64,000 bases of DNA, taken from NCBI GenBank assembly GCA_002269645.1, contig NIVC01001689.1:1-64000 (forward strand). The letters run 5' to 3'. The stretch's first letter is position 1; each line of letters starts with the position of its first letter. The translations under genes and the position numbers were made by a program. Positions 24,466 to 35,382 of the stretch are shown piece by piece. The notes below the pieces were generated by a model. It saw nothing but the letters and a program-made list of their open reading frames with translations. It had not been told where the DNA came from and ran no database searches. This stretch comes from Macrostomum lignano. Lineage: Eukaryota.

Positions 24466-25646
24466 TATTTATGTATGCATGTTTGTATAGCATCGTTTCT
24501 ATTTAAACCATGCTTCATTACAGGTTTCAGTTTTACTCAATTCCGAACACGCAAGCCAAAGTGTAAATGCTTGGCTGTCTCTAGTCTTTTAATCGTTGGA
24601 TTTTGAATTTGTGCCTACAGAATCAAGTTTATAAAGTTTTTCTTATCATTTTTTATTCCAGCGCTTCCCCAAAAACATTCTGTGATTTGTTTTGATGGCA
24701 AAGTCTTACACATCGCCGTGTACTTCGCTTTTTTACTTTTTTGGTGAATGGTATCTCTGTAAGTATTTGAGTTTGGCTGTCTTCCTTTAAAGCGCAGATG
24801 TTTATGCACTGTCCCTCTTTTATTATTTTTTATCCCCAATAAGTTTTGATACTATTTATTTGCTTGTGAAAACTGTCTACCTTCTTGTTAATGCTTAGAT
24901 TTCCAATTAATAAAACTGCAGTTTGAAAACGCGATGCACTGCTGGTCACGTGCTGTGCGACGTCTCCAGCTAATTATTATAATTCTGGGGTTAAATTGTA
25001 CTTGAAATTTGACCAGCTTTGTGAACTGGCGCTGTACTTATCGCTGTTCAATAATCTTGCGCATCAACTCTGCCAGTTGAGCCAGAGAATGTGCAGCAAA
25101 CTTTCCTCCAGCAGCTATTTACACAAGTTTCGGTTATATCGCAGATTTGTTACTGAAAGTAGCGTGCTAAGCAAATGTTTGTTAATATTATACAATATTC
25201 CAAATGAATATCGCATATGCGAGTTTTCGAAACGCAGGCTCCGCTAGGCATGGCGAGTTGGACACGAATTGAACAAACAACACTTTAATGCCCTGTGCTT
25301 TTGCATACATTTGCACAAGTACATAGGTGACAGCACTGACTGTACGCTCGTGTGTTATCCACTCTGTGTGTCTGTCTGTTGTGTGTGTATGTGTGTGTGT
25401 GTGTGTGTGTGTGTCTGTCTGTCTGCATGTCTGGAGAGACTGTCAGGACAGCTCCAAATTCTGTATGTACAGACCAGGGCTGAATAAAGGTCCATTGGAT
25501 ACGGTTATAAATATCTGTGTATCATGCAAAGCTGAACAGCACCAGCGCATTCTCGGCTCTGAAGAACAAGCGATAAAAAAGTTGCGAATGCGCGCACGCA
25601 GAGTCGACGCGCGAAAGCCGCTGGCTGCTTGTTGCCAAGGCATTTT

Positions 25647-27022
25647 TCAGTTGCCTGCAGCGCTTGCCGTTGCGCTTCTGTTCACTGATGAGGGAAGCTG
25701 CGGCTGCACCTGGCGAAGCTGCTGATTGGGCTTGCCGGACTGGTAGTAGGACCTGCGCACTGCGGGTGGGGCAGTACCAGTCAGTGTAATAACTGCCTCC
25801 TCTGTGGCTTTTGTATTAACCTCATCACGCCAGCACCATCTCATTCTCTTGTCTCACTCTACTCTCCCATCTCTCTACTCTCTAACTTAAATATACTCTC
25901 CTATCTCTCGACTACTCTCCCATCTCTACTCTCCCATCTCTCTACTCTCCCATCTCTCTACTCTCCAATCTCACTCTACTATCCTATCTCATTCTACTCT
26001 CCTATCTCCCTCTACTCTCCAATTTCAAACTACAAATAAATATTCAAATTGATTGCTAATCTAGCCCACATGGATGCAGGAATAGATTGCTAATCTAGCC
26101 AGCAGGAATGGATTGCTAATCTAGCCAGCAGGAATGGATTGCTAATCTAGCCCACATGGATGCAGGAATAGATTGCTAATCTAGCCAGCAGGAATGGATT
26201 GCTAATCTAGCCAGCATGGATGCAGGAATGGATTGCTAATCTAGCCCAAATGGATGCAGGAATAGATTGCTAATCTAGCCAGCATGGATGCAGAAATGGA
26301 TTGCTAATCTAGCCAGCATGGATGCAGGAATGGATTGCTAATGGATTGCTAATCTAGCCAGCATGGATGCAGAAATGTATTGCTAATCTAGCCAGCATGG
26401 ATGCAGGAATGGATTGCTAATCTAGCCAGCATGGATGCAGGAATGGATTGCTAATCTAGCCAACATGAATGCAGGAATGGATTGCTAATCTAGCCAACAT
26501 GAATGCAGCAGGAATAGACCAGATTGCTAATCTAGCCCACATGGATGCAGGAATGGGTTGCTCTCAATCAGCCTCACCCAGGTCGTCGATGTGGTCGGAC
26601 ATGGACAGCGTGACGCCCACCAGGATGACGCAGATGGCCAGCAGCACGAAGGCCACCGCCATGACCACCCGGGCGATTCGCTTCTGCTTCTCGGTCGGCG
26701 GGCTGGCCTCCGAGTTGATGACCACCGTGGGCGGATCTGGCGGCAGAAGGTCGTCAGCGTCGCCGGAATAGCTGTTCAGCAGCTCGATGGGCGAGATGGG
26801 CGCCAGCTCCACGCCGAGGCTGAGGCCGCCGCCGCCGACGCCGCTGCAGACTGTGGAGGCGGCGCCGCACCATCTGTCAGTTCGAACGTCGTCTTCGATG
26901 TACACCGTGTGGTGCTGCTGATGCTGGTGCTGGTGTCGGGGATGCTGATGATGATGCTGATGGTGATGCTGGTGATGCAGCAGCTGGCAGTGGTGGCAGA
27001 ATGCCCGGTCAGGCTGCAGCAT
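25647..27022 (-). CDS. Uncharacterised single-pass membrane protein with His/Gln-rich N-terminus, 185 aa
   Basis: Exons 27022-26578 (GTGAG donor) and 25759-25647 (CAG acceptor), phase 1. TM segment KQKRIARVVMAVAFVLLAICVILVGVTLSMSDHIDDL-VRRSYY. Confidence 0.7.
26050..26550. repeat. 34-bp minisatellite in the membrane-protein intron
   Basis: GGATTGCTAATCTAGCCAGCATGGATGCAGGAAT units with deletion variants. Confidence 0.9.
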
Positions 27023-27184
27023 GGCTGCCCTGGATTTGATTCGCAAAGGTGTTGAACTCCTCCTGGCACTGCAAAGGTGTTGCAGTCAATGAATTACGAT
27101 GAATTAGCCTCTCACAGGGTGGCACTTTTCACATTATCACTGTCATCTGACATAACAAAAATTTCTATCTGACATAAAATCGCT

Positions 27185-28255
27185 ACCATCTGAGACAATA
27201 AAACTGCTACCATCTGACACAATCAAAGCTACCATCTGACACAATCGAAGCTACCATCTGACACAATCAAAGCTACCATCTGACACAATCGAAGCTACCA
27301 TCTGACACAATCAAAGCTACCATCTGACACAATCGAAGCTACCATCTGACACAATCAAAGCTACCATCTGACACAATCGAAGCTACCATCTGACACAATC
27401 AAAGCTACCATCTGACACAATCGAAGCTACCATCTGACACAATCAAAGCTACCATCTGACACAATCGAAGCTACCATCTGACACAATCAAAGCTACCATC
27501 TGACACAATCAAAGCTACCATCTGACACAATCAAAACTACCATCTGACACAATCAAAGCTACCATCTGACACATCAAAGCTACCATCTGACACAATCAAA
27601 ACTACCATCTGACACAATCAAAACTACCATCTGACACAATCAAAGCTACCATCTGACACAATCGAAGCTACCATCTGACACAATCGAAGCTACCATCTGA
27701 CACAATCAAAGCTACTATCTGACACAATCAAAACTACCATCTGACACAATCAAAGCTACCATCTGACACAATCGAAGCTACCATCTGACACAATCGAAGC
27801 TACCATCTGACACAATCAAAGCTACCATCTGACACAATCAAAACTACCATCTGACACAATCAAAGCTACCATCTGACACAATCAAAGCTACCATCTGACA
27901 CAATCGAAGCTACCATCTGACACAATCAAAACTACCATCTGACACAATCGAAGCTACCATCTGACACATCAAAGCTACCATCTGACACAATCAAAACTAC
28001 CATCTGACACAATCAAAACTACCATCTGACACAATCAAAGCTACCATCTGACACAATCAAAGCTACCATCTGACACAATCAAAGCTACCATCTGACACAA
28101 TCGAAGCTACCATCTGACACAATCAAAGCTACCATCTGACACAATCAAAGCTACGATCTGACACAATCAAAGCTACGATCTGACACAATCAAAACTACCA
28201 TCTGACACAATCAAAGCTAACATCTGACACAATCAAAGCTACCATCTGACACAAT
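27185..28255. repeat. 22-bp minisatellite (CTACCATCTGACACAATCAAAG)
   Basis: About 48 near-identical units. Confidence 0.95.
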
Positions 28256-29953
28256 TGTCAGATTGCACAGCTGGGCAAAAACGGCAAAAAATTACCAAAA
28301 TCCGATCAGCGTAAGAAGCAGAAATCTGCGGCCTCACTCTGCAGTGATTGTCAATAATTTAGCAGGACATTCGGCAGTCGCAGGCGGGCAGCGCAAACGC
28401 CAAGCAGATGTCAAAAATTGCCAACCGGGGCTGAAGCGGAATTGGCAGCAGCGGGTTGTGTCATGCCAGCGACTGCAGCACAATGGAGCCACTTTATGCC
28501 TTGAGTCCCGGCCTCTGCCCTCCAATCCGCTTCCCCAATAGTTATTAATTTTTGCTCTCGAGCACGTAGGAGTCCTCACTGACGTCAATGCAGCAGAAGC
28601 AGTAGGGGAGCTTGCTATTCAACTGCTTTATTCCCAGCAGCCGGGAGATGCAGATCGGGAGAGACAAAGCCGGGAAGTGGCTGCTAAATTTGGAGCAGGC
28701 TGGGCGTCTGAATGTCTTTTGTTTTTATTTCCCGAGAGAGAGAGAGAGGCCCTGATTGAAAGCCTCTCAAAGCAGTTTGTCTGTCTGTCTCCCGCTGTTG
28801 CAGAAACTGCTTTTAGCAGAGGCCTGCCTGCTCGATTGGCTGGAGGAGGTGTCGCTAGCTAGGAGTAAAGTCACGTCTTATCCGCCTGGGGAGCTGAACA
28901 CGCGCCAGCCAAGCTCAGCTGCTTTGCTTCCTTTCTTGTCCTCCTCCTGGGCTGCCCTCTCCCTGCCGATTCCACCCACCCCCCGCCCCGAGTTAATAAT
29001 AGCAACTGCTTTGCGTGAGTGCGCGGCTGAGCAGGCGGACTAAGAGGCTTGGAAAGGGGAGCCGAGGAAGGGGCAGAAATAACTGCCTGAGGACTGCAAG
29101 CAGGGAGAGGGGAGTCAGTGGGTTTGAGAGCGGGACAGAGGGAGAAATACAGTGCCGAAAATCCCCATGCTGTCTGTACCAGACCGCTCGGGCCTGGGCA
29201 GAGTGGGCCGGATTGAAAATTGGATATTTGGTCCCGTGGCTCACAAGCCCGTGTAGACGCACTCCGAGTGTAGGCTCAAGCGCGATATTAGAGACGCGGA
29301 GATTGAAGTACGCTTGGGCACACTTCTCAAGTCACTCTTTGCCACCCCCCGCCTCCTTCTCATCCGCTCTGGAGGTGAATTGATGCAGATAGATCGATAG
29401 AAGCCCATATGTATGTGTGTTAGCGGAACGGCCGGAGGGAGAAAGCAAAGGCAACGATTGGAGAGCACGAGCAAAACATCCTACCGCCCTGTATGGGCAA
29501 CTTACGAGACACGAGTATATTTGGAAAGCATTCGAAAAAAACTACGAGCGCTCGTATTTGGAAGAGTAAAAGGTAAATGAAGCGAAAGGAAAAAAAATAA
29601 GTTGCAGGAATTGCGAGAAAGGGGGGCTAAAAGCAGAAAAAAACGCACGCAAGCTGGCGAGGAGAGATAGGCTGAGGCGGGCACAACGCACGGGGCTAAA
29701 AAGGCCCCACAGACACCCACCCCCGCCCCGGGGGCAGAGCACCCACCCCCGGACCAAGCACTCCCAAACACGGGCGACGACAAGCCCCCCGGCCCCGCTA
29801 ACAGCGATTGGCCAGCCAATCTACACTTAGCGGAACGGCCGGAGGGAGAAAGCAAAGGCAACGATTGGAGAGCACGAGCAAAACATCCCAAAAAACCCCG
29901 AACAAAGGGATTAAAGAGTAGGGTACACGGCGACGGGGCGAGTTAGGCGAGCG

Positions 29954-30985
29954 CTAGAGAGGTGCCGACAGCACACGGTTGACCATTGGGCGCAGGAGAC
30001 GGAGGCAGCCTCCCGACTGCGGCAGGTAACGTGAAACGGCGCCGCTGCGCCAGCCGCCCAGCCGCTTGATCTGCTCCACGTCGAGGCCGCTGTCGAACGC
30101 CAGACAGGCGCCACCCCGTCGTAGAGAGTGGCCTGAGAAAGCTGTCGCCGCCCAACCTGCATCTGCCAGAGCCCGAGCGAGGCGGCGATCGAATTGACGC
30201 GATGTCATCGGGCACCAGCTTCCGGCGATGTGGACGCAAAACAGCCGAGTGAGCGCCGGCGCAGACCGCAGCTTGTTAGTCTGAAAATGCTGCCGCAGGG
30301 CTTGGACAGGACAAAGTGGGTGGCTTCCGAGTACTGGCAGCACCGCCTCCTGGTAGTCTTGTCCGCATTGGTTGGTCTTCGATTGTCGAACTCGGAGTCT
30401 CCAGCACTGACCATCGGCCTGAGCGTCGCTGACGAGAATGGAGTGGCGCCCGCAGACATTTGCTTTCCTGAGAAGTGCCCAGAAGCAGCAGAGCACGGCG
30501 GCCCAAAAGGCGGCGTCTGCAGGGTCTCTTGGGTTCACCTGGTTTGCCAATGAAAGCAGAACCGCCGGGGTGATGGGGTCTTTCTGCTTGACTGAATGGC
30601 GGCTTGTCCGTTTGGCGCTTTTAACTGCCAGATCGATCAGGCCGGACTTGGTGATGTCGGGGAGTTGCGCCAGCTTGAAGCTCCAGCTGATGGCCGCCAG
30701 GTGACCACCGAGGCTACCGGGTGCCACGCCGCGCTTAGCCAGGCGTCGCACATACTCGACCAGGTGCACCGGGGACGCCGCTAGTGGCTGAACACCTTCG
30801 AGGTTGCAGAAGCGCTGCCACTGTTCGACGTTTGAAGCGTACGATGCCCTCGTACTAGGAGCCCAGGCGTCGGCGAGGAAGCGAAGGAGCGGCCCGGGTA
30901 GGCGGGAGGCAGGAGGCGCCGGACCTGCAAAAGCAAAAGGGAGGCGGAGGCAGGGCAGAGCGCGTGGCGCGAGATGCAGCAGGAT
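29954..30985 (-). CDS. Tyrosine recombinase of the retroelement
   Basis: Frame open from 30985. N-terminal AWAPSTRASYASNVEQWQRFC, LLRKAN (R), SKTNQ (K), HSLRRGG, GGW, SRYL (Y). No in-frame ATG before the catalytic region. Confidence 0.9.
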   Translation of the reverse strand: MLLHLAPRALPCLRLPFAFAGPAPPASRLPGPLLRFLADAWAPSTRASYASNVEQWQRFCNLEGVQPLAASPVHLVEYVRRLAKRGVAPGSLGGHLAAISWSFKLAQLPDITKSGLIDLAVKSAKRTSRHSVKQKDPITPAVLLSLANQVNPRDPADAAFWAAVLCCFWALLRKANVCGRHSILVSDAQADGQCWRLRVRQSKTNQCGQDYQEAVLPVLGSHPLCPVQALRQHFQTNKLRSAPALTRLFCVHIAGSWCPMTSRQFDRRLARALADAGWAATAFSGHSLRRGGACLAFDSGLDVEQIKRLGGWRSGAVSRYLPQSGGCLRLLRPMVNRVLSAPL

Positions 30986-32691
30986 TCAGCAGCTAAATCA
31001 TGCAGGCTACGGTAGAAGCGGAGAAAGAAATTCTGCGCCCCGCTTCTAGAAGCAAGGCGAGAGGCCGGGTCCGCCAGGACCTGGAAGGCGCCTGGAACGT
31101 GAAAGGCCCGCAGCCGCAGACCCCACGCGTCGCAGGCAAGCGACAGCGTGTGCAGGAGCCGGTTGACGTCGTTACATGGCGAGCTGAGCTTGTTCAGCGC
31201 ACCGACAGCCGCCGAGCTGTCGCTGTACACGACGATGTCCGCGCCGGCGAAGCGGCCCGGGGCCGCGAGGATGCTGAGGACAGGCGTGATGGTCTCCTTG
31301 ACGTTGATGTGGGCCGAAGCAAAACGGCCACCAGCGTCGTTCTTCCAGTTGATGTAGAGCCAGTCGGACTTATTGGCCTCCCGAACAATGCAGGCACCAC
31401 CCGAGTTACAGGCGTCAGTCTCGATGACGATCCTTCGAGCGTAGCGAGGCCAGATGGGCGCGCAGCCAACGGACTGAAGGCTTCTCCTCCACCAGTGCAG
31501 CAACTCGGTGAGGTGCGGGGCCAGCCGCAATTTGTCACCAGGTCTAGTCGCCCGGCTCGCCAGCATCAGTAGAGGGCGGATGGAAGCTCGGCCTTTCCTG
31601 GTCACGCTGCTCACCCAGGACAGCTTGCCGCAGATCCGCTGAAGGTCGCGCTTGCTGATGGCACCGCGTCGATGCAAGCAGCTCCCAAGTGCGTCTTCGA
31701 GTGCACTGAGCTTGGCCGGTGGGATGCTCAGCGTCCCCGACTCCGTGTCAATCAGGACGCCCAGGAAAACCGTGCGCCGCGACGGCCCGCTAGACTTCTT
31801 TTCGTTGATGGTAAAACCGAGGCTCGTCGCCAGGCTCCTCAAGTTCTCGTAAGCCTCGACACAGGCCTCGTAGGTGCTCCCGGCCACAGCGAAGTCGTCG
31901 AGGTAGCCAACGCAGGTGAACCCGCGCCGTTGCATCATGCGCACCACCGCCTTAGACAGCCTGTTAAAATGGTACACCGAGGCCGCAGCGCCGAAGCTCA
32001 GCCGGGTGTCGACCAGGTAGGTAGGCTCGCTGTCGCCGCTAAATTGCCATTTGATGCCCAGAGCGTCGAGAGAAGAAGGATGAACACCTACTGAGCGATA
32101 CGCCTCCTTAAGATCGATCTTGGCCGTGAAGTCACCGGGCTTGAGTTGTGAGCAGAGGCCGCTAACCGTCTCAAACTTAATCTTGTGGTCTGCGATAAAG
32201 TGGTCGTTGACCGCACAGCCTTCCGGACGACTGCAGTCGTGGATGATACGGACTCCACCGTCCTCTTTCGGGATGGCACCAAGCGCGGAGATCTTGCACG
32301 GACGTCGGCTGACAGACACATACCGCCCTCTGGCGATCTCACGCTGCAATTGCTCTTCAACCAACGTCTTGTACTCAATGGCGGACGAGTAGTTCTCAAC
32401 TTCGGAAGGCTTAAAATCTGTTTCAGTAGTGAGCGCGAAGCCGTTTTGGACTCCGTAAATTAAAAAAGGCCCGTCGGGGTCGCCGTCCAGCTCCTTCGCC
32501 CAGGCATTTGCGTCAAGGGAGCCACTCGGATTGAAATTGATGTCGCGAATGGAGTAAAAACTTGGAATTAAAACTTGCGGCTGCCAGCTTGCCGGATCCA
32601 CTGGAGCCGCGGCTATTCGTTTTTTACCACGTGTTGCGTCTCGGCGTGGTCCGAGCGCAAGCAGACCCGGCACGCATGCGTGTACTTGCAA
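30781..32691 (-). CDS. Reverse transcriptase-RNase H of the retroelement
   Basis: RIIHDCS, KIDLKEAY, LSFG, YLDD; RNase H motifs IETDAC, HINVKE, YSDS, ADPASR; uninterrupted. Confidence 0.93.
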   Translation of the reverse strand: MQVHACVPGLLALGPRRDATRGKKRIAAAPVDPASWQPQVLIPSFYSIRDINFNPSGSLDANAWAKELDGDPDGPFLIYGVQNGFALTTETDFKPSEVENYSSAIEYKTLVEEQLQREIARGRYVSVSRRPCKISALGAIPKEDGGVRIIHDCSRPEGCAVNDHFIADHKIKFETVSGLCSQLKPGDFTAKIDLKEAYRSVGVHPSSLDALGIKWQFSGDSEPTYLVDTRLSFGAAASVYHFNRLSKAVVRMMQRRGFTCVGYLDDFAVAGSTYEACVEAYENLRSLATSLGFTINEKKSSGPSRRTVFLGVLIDTESGTLSIPPAKLSALEDALGSCLHRRGAISKRDLQRICGKLSWVSSVTRKGRASIRPLLMLASRATRPGDKLRLAPHLTELLHWWRRSLQSVGCAPIWPRYARRIVIETDACNSGGACIVREANKSDWLYINWKNDAGGRFASAHINVKETITPVLSILAAPGRFAGADIVVYSDSSAAVGALNKLSSPCNDVNRLLHTLSLACDAWGLRLRAFHVPGAFQVLADPASRLASRSGAQNFFLRFYRSLHDLAAESCCISRHALCPASASLLLLQVRRLLPPAYPGRSFASSPTPGLLVRGHRTLQTSNSGSASATSKVFSH

Positions 32692-33242
32692 TTCTGGAAC
32701 TTGCAGCCACCACGGGTGTTGAACTTGAGGCAGACGGGCGCTCCTTGAATCACCGGAATCTTCCTGTCCATGCGAGAACGGGCATGTTGTGGAGTCTGCT
32801 GCGGGGCGATGAGGTGCCGTGCCACCAGCGAGAAACTCGGTCGCGCCCAGTCTTGCATGCCCGCCTGCTGCTCTCTTCTGAATGCGTCGTCGAACCGCAT
32901 GATCCTGGTGGTGTCGTAACCTGCCTCGACCAGCTCACCGATCTGCACATTGTACTGCAAGTACTGCCGAACGCCTTCCAGGTCGAGCTGTCCCCTAGAG
33001 ATCAGGGCGTCGAGGATGCGCGCGTTGCCGACTATCCACTGACCGATTCCCAGCGATTCGGGTTTAGGCTGATTGGCGGTTGGATGCAGCACCTTTTCCC
33101 TACGACTCGCCGACGCCGTCCGAGGGTCGCAGCCGCAGAAATCCGCAACGACGAGTGGGGCCGCCCGTAGCCCTAGTTGAGCTACTGAGGGCTCGAGCCT
33201 GGTCTCGAACCCGGGACCTCTGAGCATACTCGGGATATTCAT
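32613..33242 (-). CDS. Gag-like ORF1 of the retroelement
   Basis: C-terminal Cys/His motif CLKFNTRGGCKFQNCKYTHACRVCLRSDH typical of DIRS-order gag; overlaps the RT frame. Confidence 0.8.
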   Translation of the reverse strand: MNIPSMLRGPGFETRLEPSVAQLGLRAAPLVVADFCGCDPRTASASRREKVLHPTANQPKPESLGIGQWIVGNARILDALISRGQLDLEGVRQYLQYNVQIGELVEAGYDTTRIMRFDDAFRREQQAGMQDWARPSFSLVARHLIAPQQTPQHARSRMDRKIPVIQGAPVCLKFNTRGGCKFQNCKYTHACRVCLRSDHAETQHVVKNE

Positions 33243-33344
33243 GTCGCTACTACAATCAGAGGGAAATTCGTGCCAAAAAAATTTATGATCCTCGCCAGTG
33301 TGACCGCGCGGCGCTCAGTTTATCTGGCCAATATATCTTGCAGC

Positions 33345-34325
33345 GCTGCTGGGCCAGCCTCCCAGATCCTCAGTTGCTGGGCCAGCCTCCCAGATCCTCA
33401 GTTGCTGGCCAGCCTCCCAGATCCTCAGTTGCTGGGCCAGCCTCCCAGATCCTCAGTTGCTGGGCCAGCCTCCCAGATCCTCAGTTGCAGGGCGAGCCTC
33501 CCAGATCCTCAGTTGCTGGCCAGCCTCCCAGATCCTCAGTTGCTGGGCCAGCCTCCCAGATCCTCAGTTGCTGGGCGAGCCTCCCAGATCCTCAGTTGCT
33601 GGCCAGCCTCCCAGATCCTCAGTTGCAGGGCGAGCCTCCCAGATCCTCAGTTGCTGGCCAGCCTCCCAGATCCTCAGTTGCTGGGCCAGCCTCCCAGATC
33701 CTCAGTTGCAGGGCGAGCCTCTCAGATTCTCAGTTGCTGGCCAGCCTCCCAGATCCTCAGTTGCAGGACAGGCTCGCAGATTCTCAGTTGCTGGACCAGC
33801 CTCCCAGATCCCCAGTTGCTGGGTCAGCCTCCCAGATCCCCAGTTGCTGGGCCAGCCTCCCAGATCCCCAGTTGCTGGGTCAGCCTCCCAGATCCCCAGT
33901 TGCTGGGCCAGCCTCCCAGATCCCCAGTTGCTGGGTCAGCCTCCCAGATCCCAGTTGCTGGGTCAGCCTCCCAGATCCCCAGTTGCTGGGTCAGCCTCCC
34001 AGATCCCCAGTTGCTGGGCCAGCCTCTCAGATCTTCAGTTGCTGGGTCAGCCTCCCAGATCCCCAGTTGCTGGGCCAGCCTCCCAGATCCCCAGTTGCTG
34101 GGTCAGCCTCCCAGATCCCCAGTTGCTGGGTCAGCCTCCCAGATCCCCAGTTGCTGGGCCAGCCTCTCAGATCTTCAGTTGCTGGGTCAGCCTCCCAGAT
34201 CCCCAGTTGCTGGGCCAGCCTCTCAGATCTTCAGTTGCTGGGTCAGCCTCCCAGATCCCCAGTTGCTGGGTCAGCCTCCCAGATCCTCAGCTTCTGGGCC
34301 AGCTTCTCAGATCCCCAGTTGCTGA
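33345..34325. repeat. 28-bp minisatellite (CCTCCCAGATCCTCAGTTGCTGGGCCAG)
   Basis: Direct periodicity; the three long + ORFs are repeat artefacts. Confidence 0.95.
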
Positions 34326-35059
34326 GCCCAACCCAGGCTTAGAGTTGCCAGACTTAATTTTTATTACAAATATGAAAACTTGAAGTCAAAATTCCTTGCC
34401 AGCACAAGCTGAACTTGCTGCAGCATAAAAGCGACATCGAGATTGCTCAATCACAGCGAAACGAAATCGAGTGGATTAAAAAATACCAAGCTGCTCAACC
34501 CCCCGTTATTCAAGTGCTTGACGAAAGCAGAAATTTGTTGAATTATAAAATATCAGCTGTAAAAGCGTCAGCCAAGAAGGGCAGCGGTTTGGTGCAACAG
34601 AAGACCTTCAGTTTCCATTGCACAGTCAGCTGAGAATTCGCATTTTGCAGCAGTAGCTTCGGTCCTGCCCATAGACAATAGACAGCAAGCAAGTTGAGAG
34701 TTCGGCCATAGACATCCCAGTAAAATAAGGATGCCATCAGACAAGGATTTCTAAATCTAGCAACTGGAATGACAACTGAAATAGCGGTGAGGACTTTTTT
34801 ATACAAGACAAGCTGTTGAAACCCGCGGATTTTGAACCCGGGGAATTTCAATCCCCGGAACTATTTTTGCATGTATTCTAAAATCTGAGGTCTAACTCAA
34901 ACAAAAACTTGTTAATAGTTACGAAAGAGTTAAACATAAAATAGAGTACACATTTGTGTAAAATTAGGATTTGAGGCAAACATTGATATTGTTGGCTAGG
35001 GTGCTGCGCAGAATGCCAGGCAAACTCTGGCAGTCTGGCTGGCCTCTGCCTCTGCATCT

Positions 35060-35318
35060 GCCTCTCTGTCTCCCTATGCCCCTTGGATCCTTTGAAATTT
35101 CTATCTTCTCTTCTGTTTCCTCTTTTCTCTCTCGTCTCTTGTCTCTTACTTCTCTTCTCTTCTCACTCCTTACTCTACCCTTTCAACACTTCCTTCATCT
35201 ACTCCTCTCCCCTTTCTCATCTCTTCTCTCAACTCTCTCCTCTCCTCTCTCCACTCTCTCCTCTCATCTCTTTCCTCACCTCTTTTCTCTCTTATCTCTT
35301 CCCATTACTCTCTGCTTG

Positions 35319-35382
<64 letters not shown>

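Larger units (their letters stand above)
29420..33320 (-). mobile_element. Tyrosine-recombinase retrotransposon (DIRS order, Ngaro/PAT-type split direct repeats)
   Basis: gag, RT-RNaseH and YR ORFs in tandem. Identical 62-bp direct repeats at 29420-29481 and 29827-29888 flank a 345-bp segment (B-A-B 3' end). No methyltransferase domain seen. Confidence 0.9.

Noticed and set aside
34415-34633. 72-aa non-repetitive ORF
   Set aside because: No domain, start context or splice partners recognised.
34990-35035. Candidate Helitron 3' end (hairpin TGCCAG...CTGGCA near CTAG)
   Set aside because: The flank does not give the expected A|T insertion site, so the end cannot be supported.
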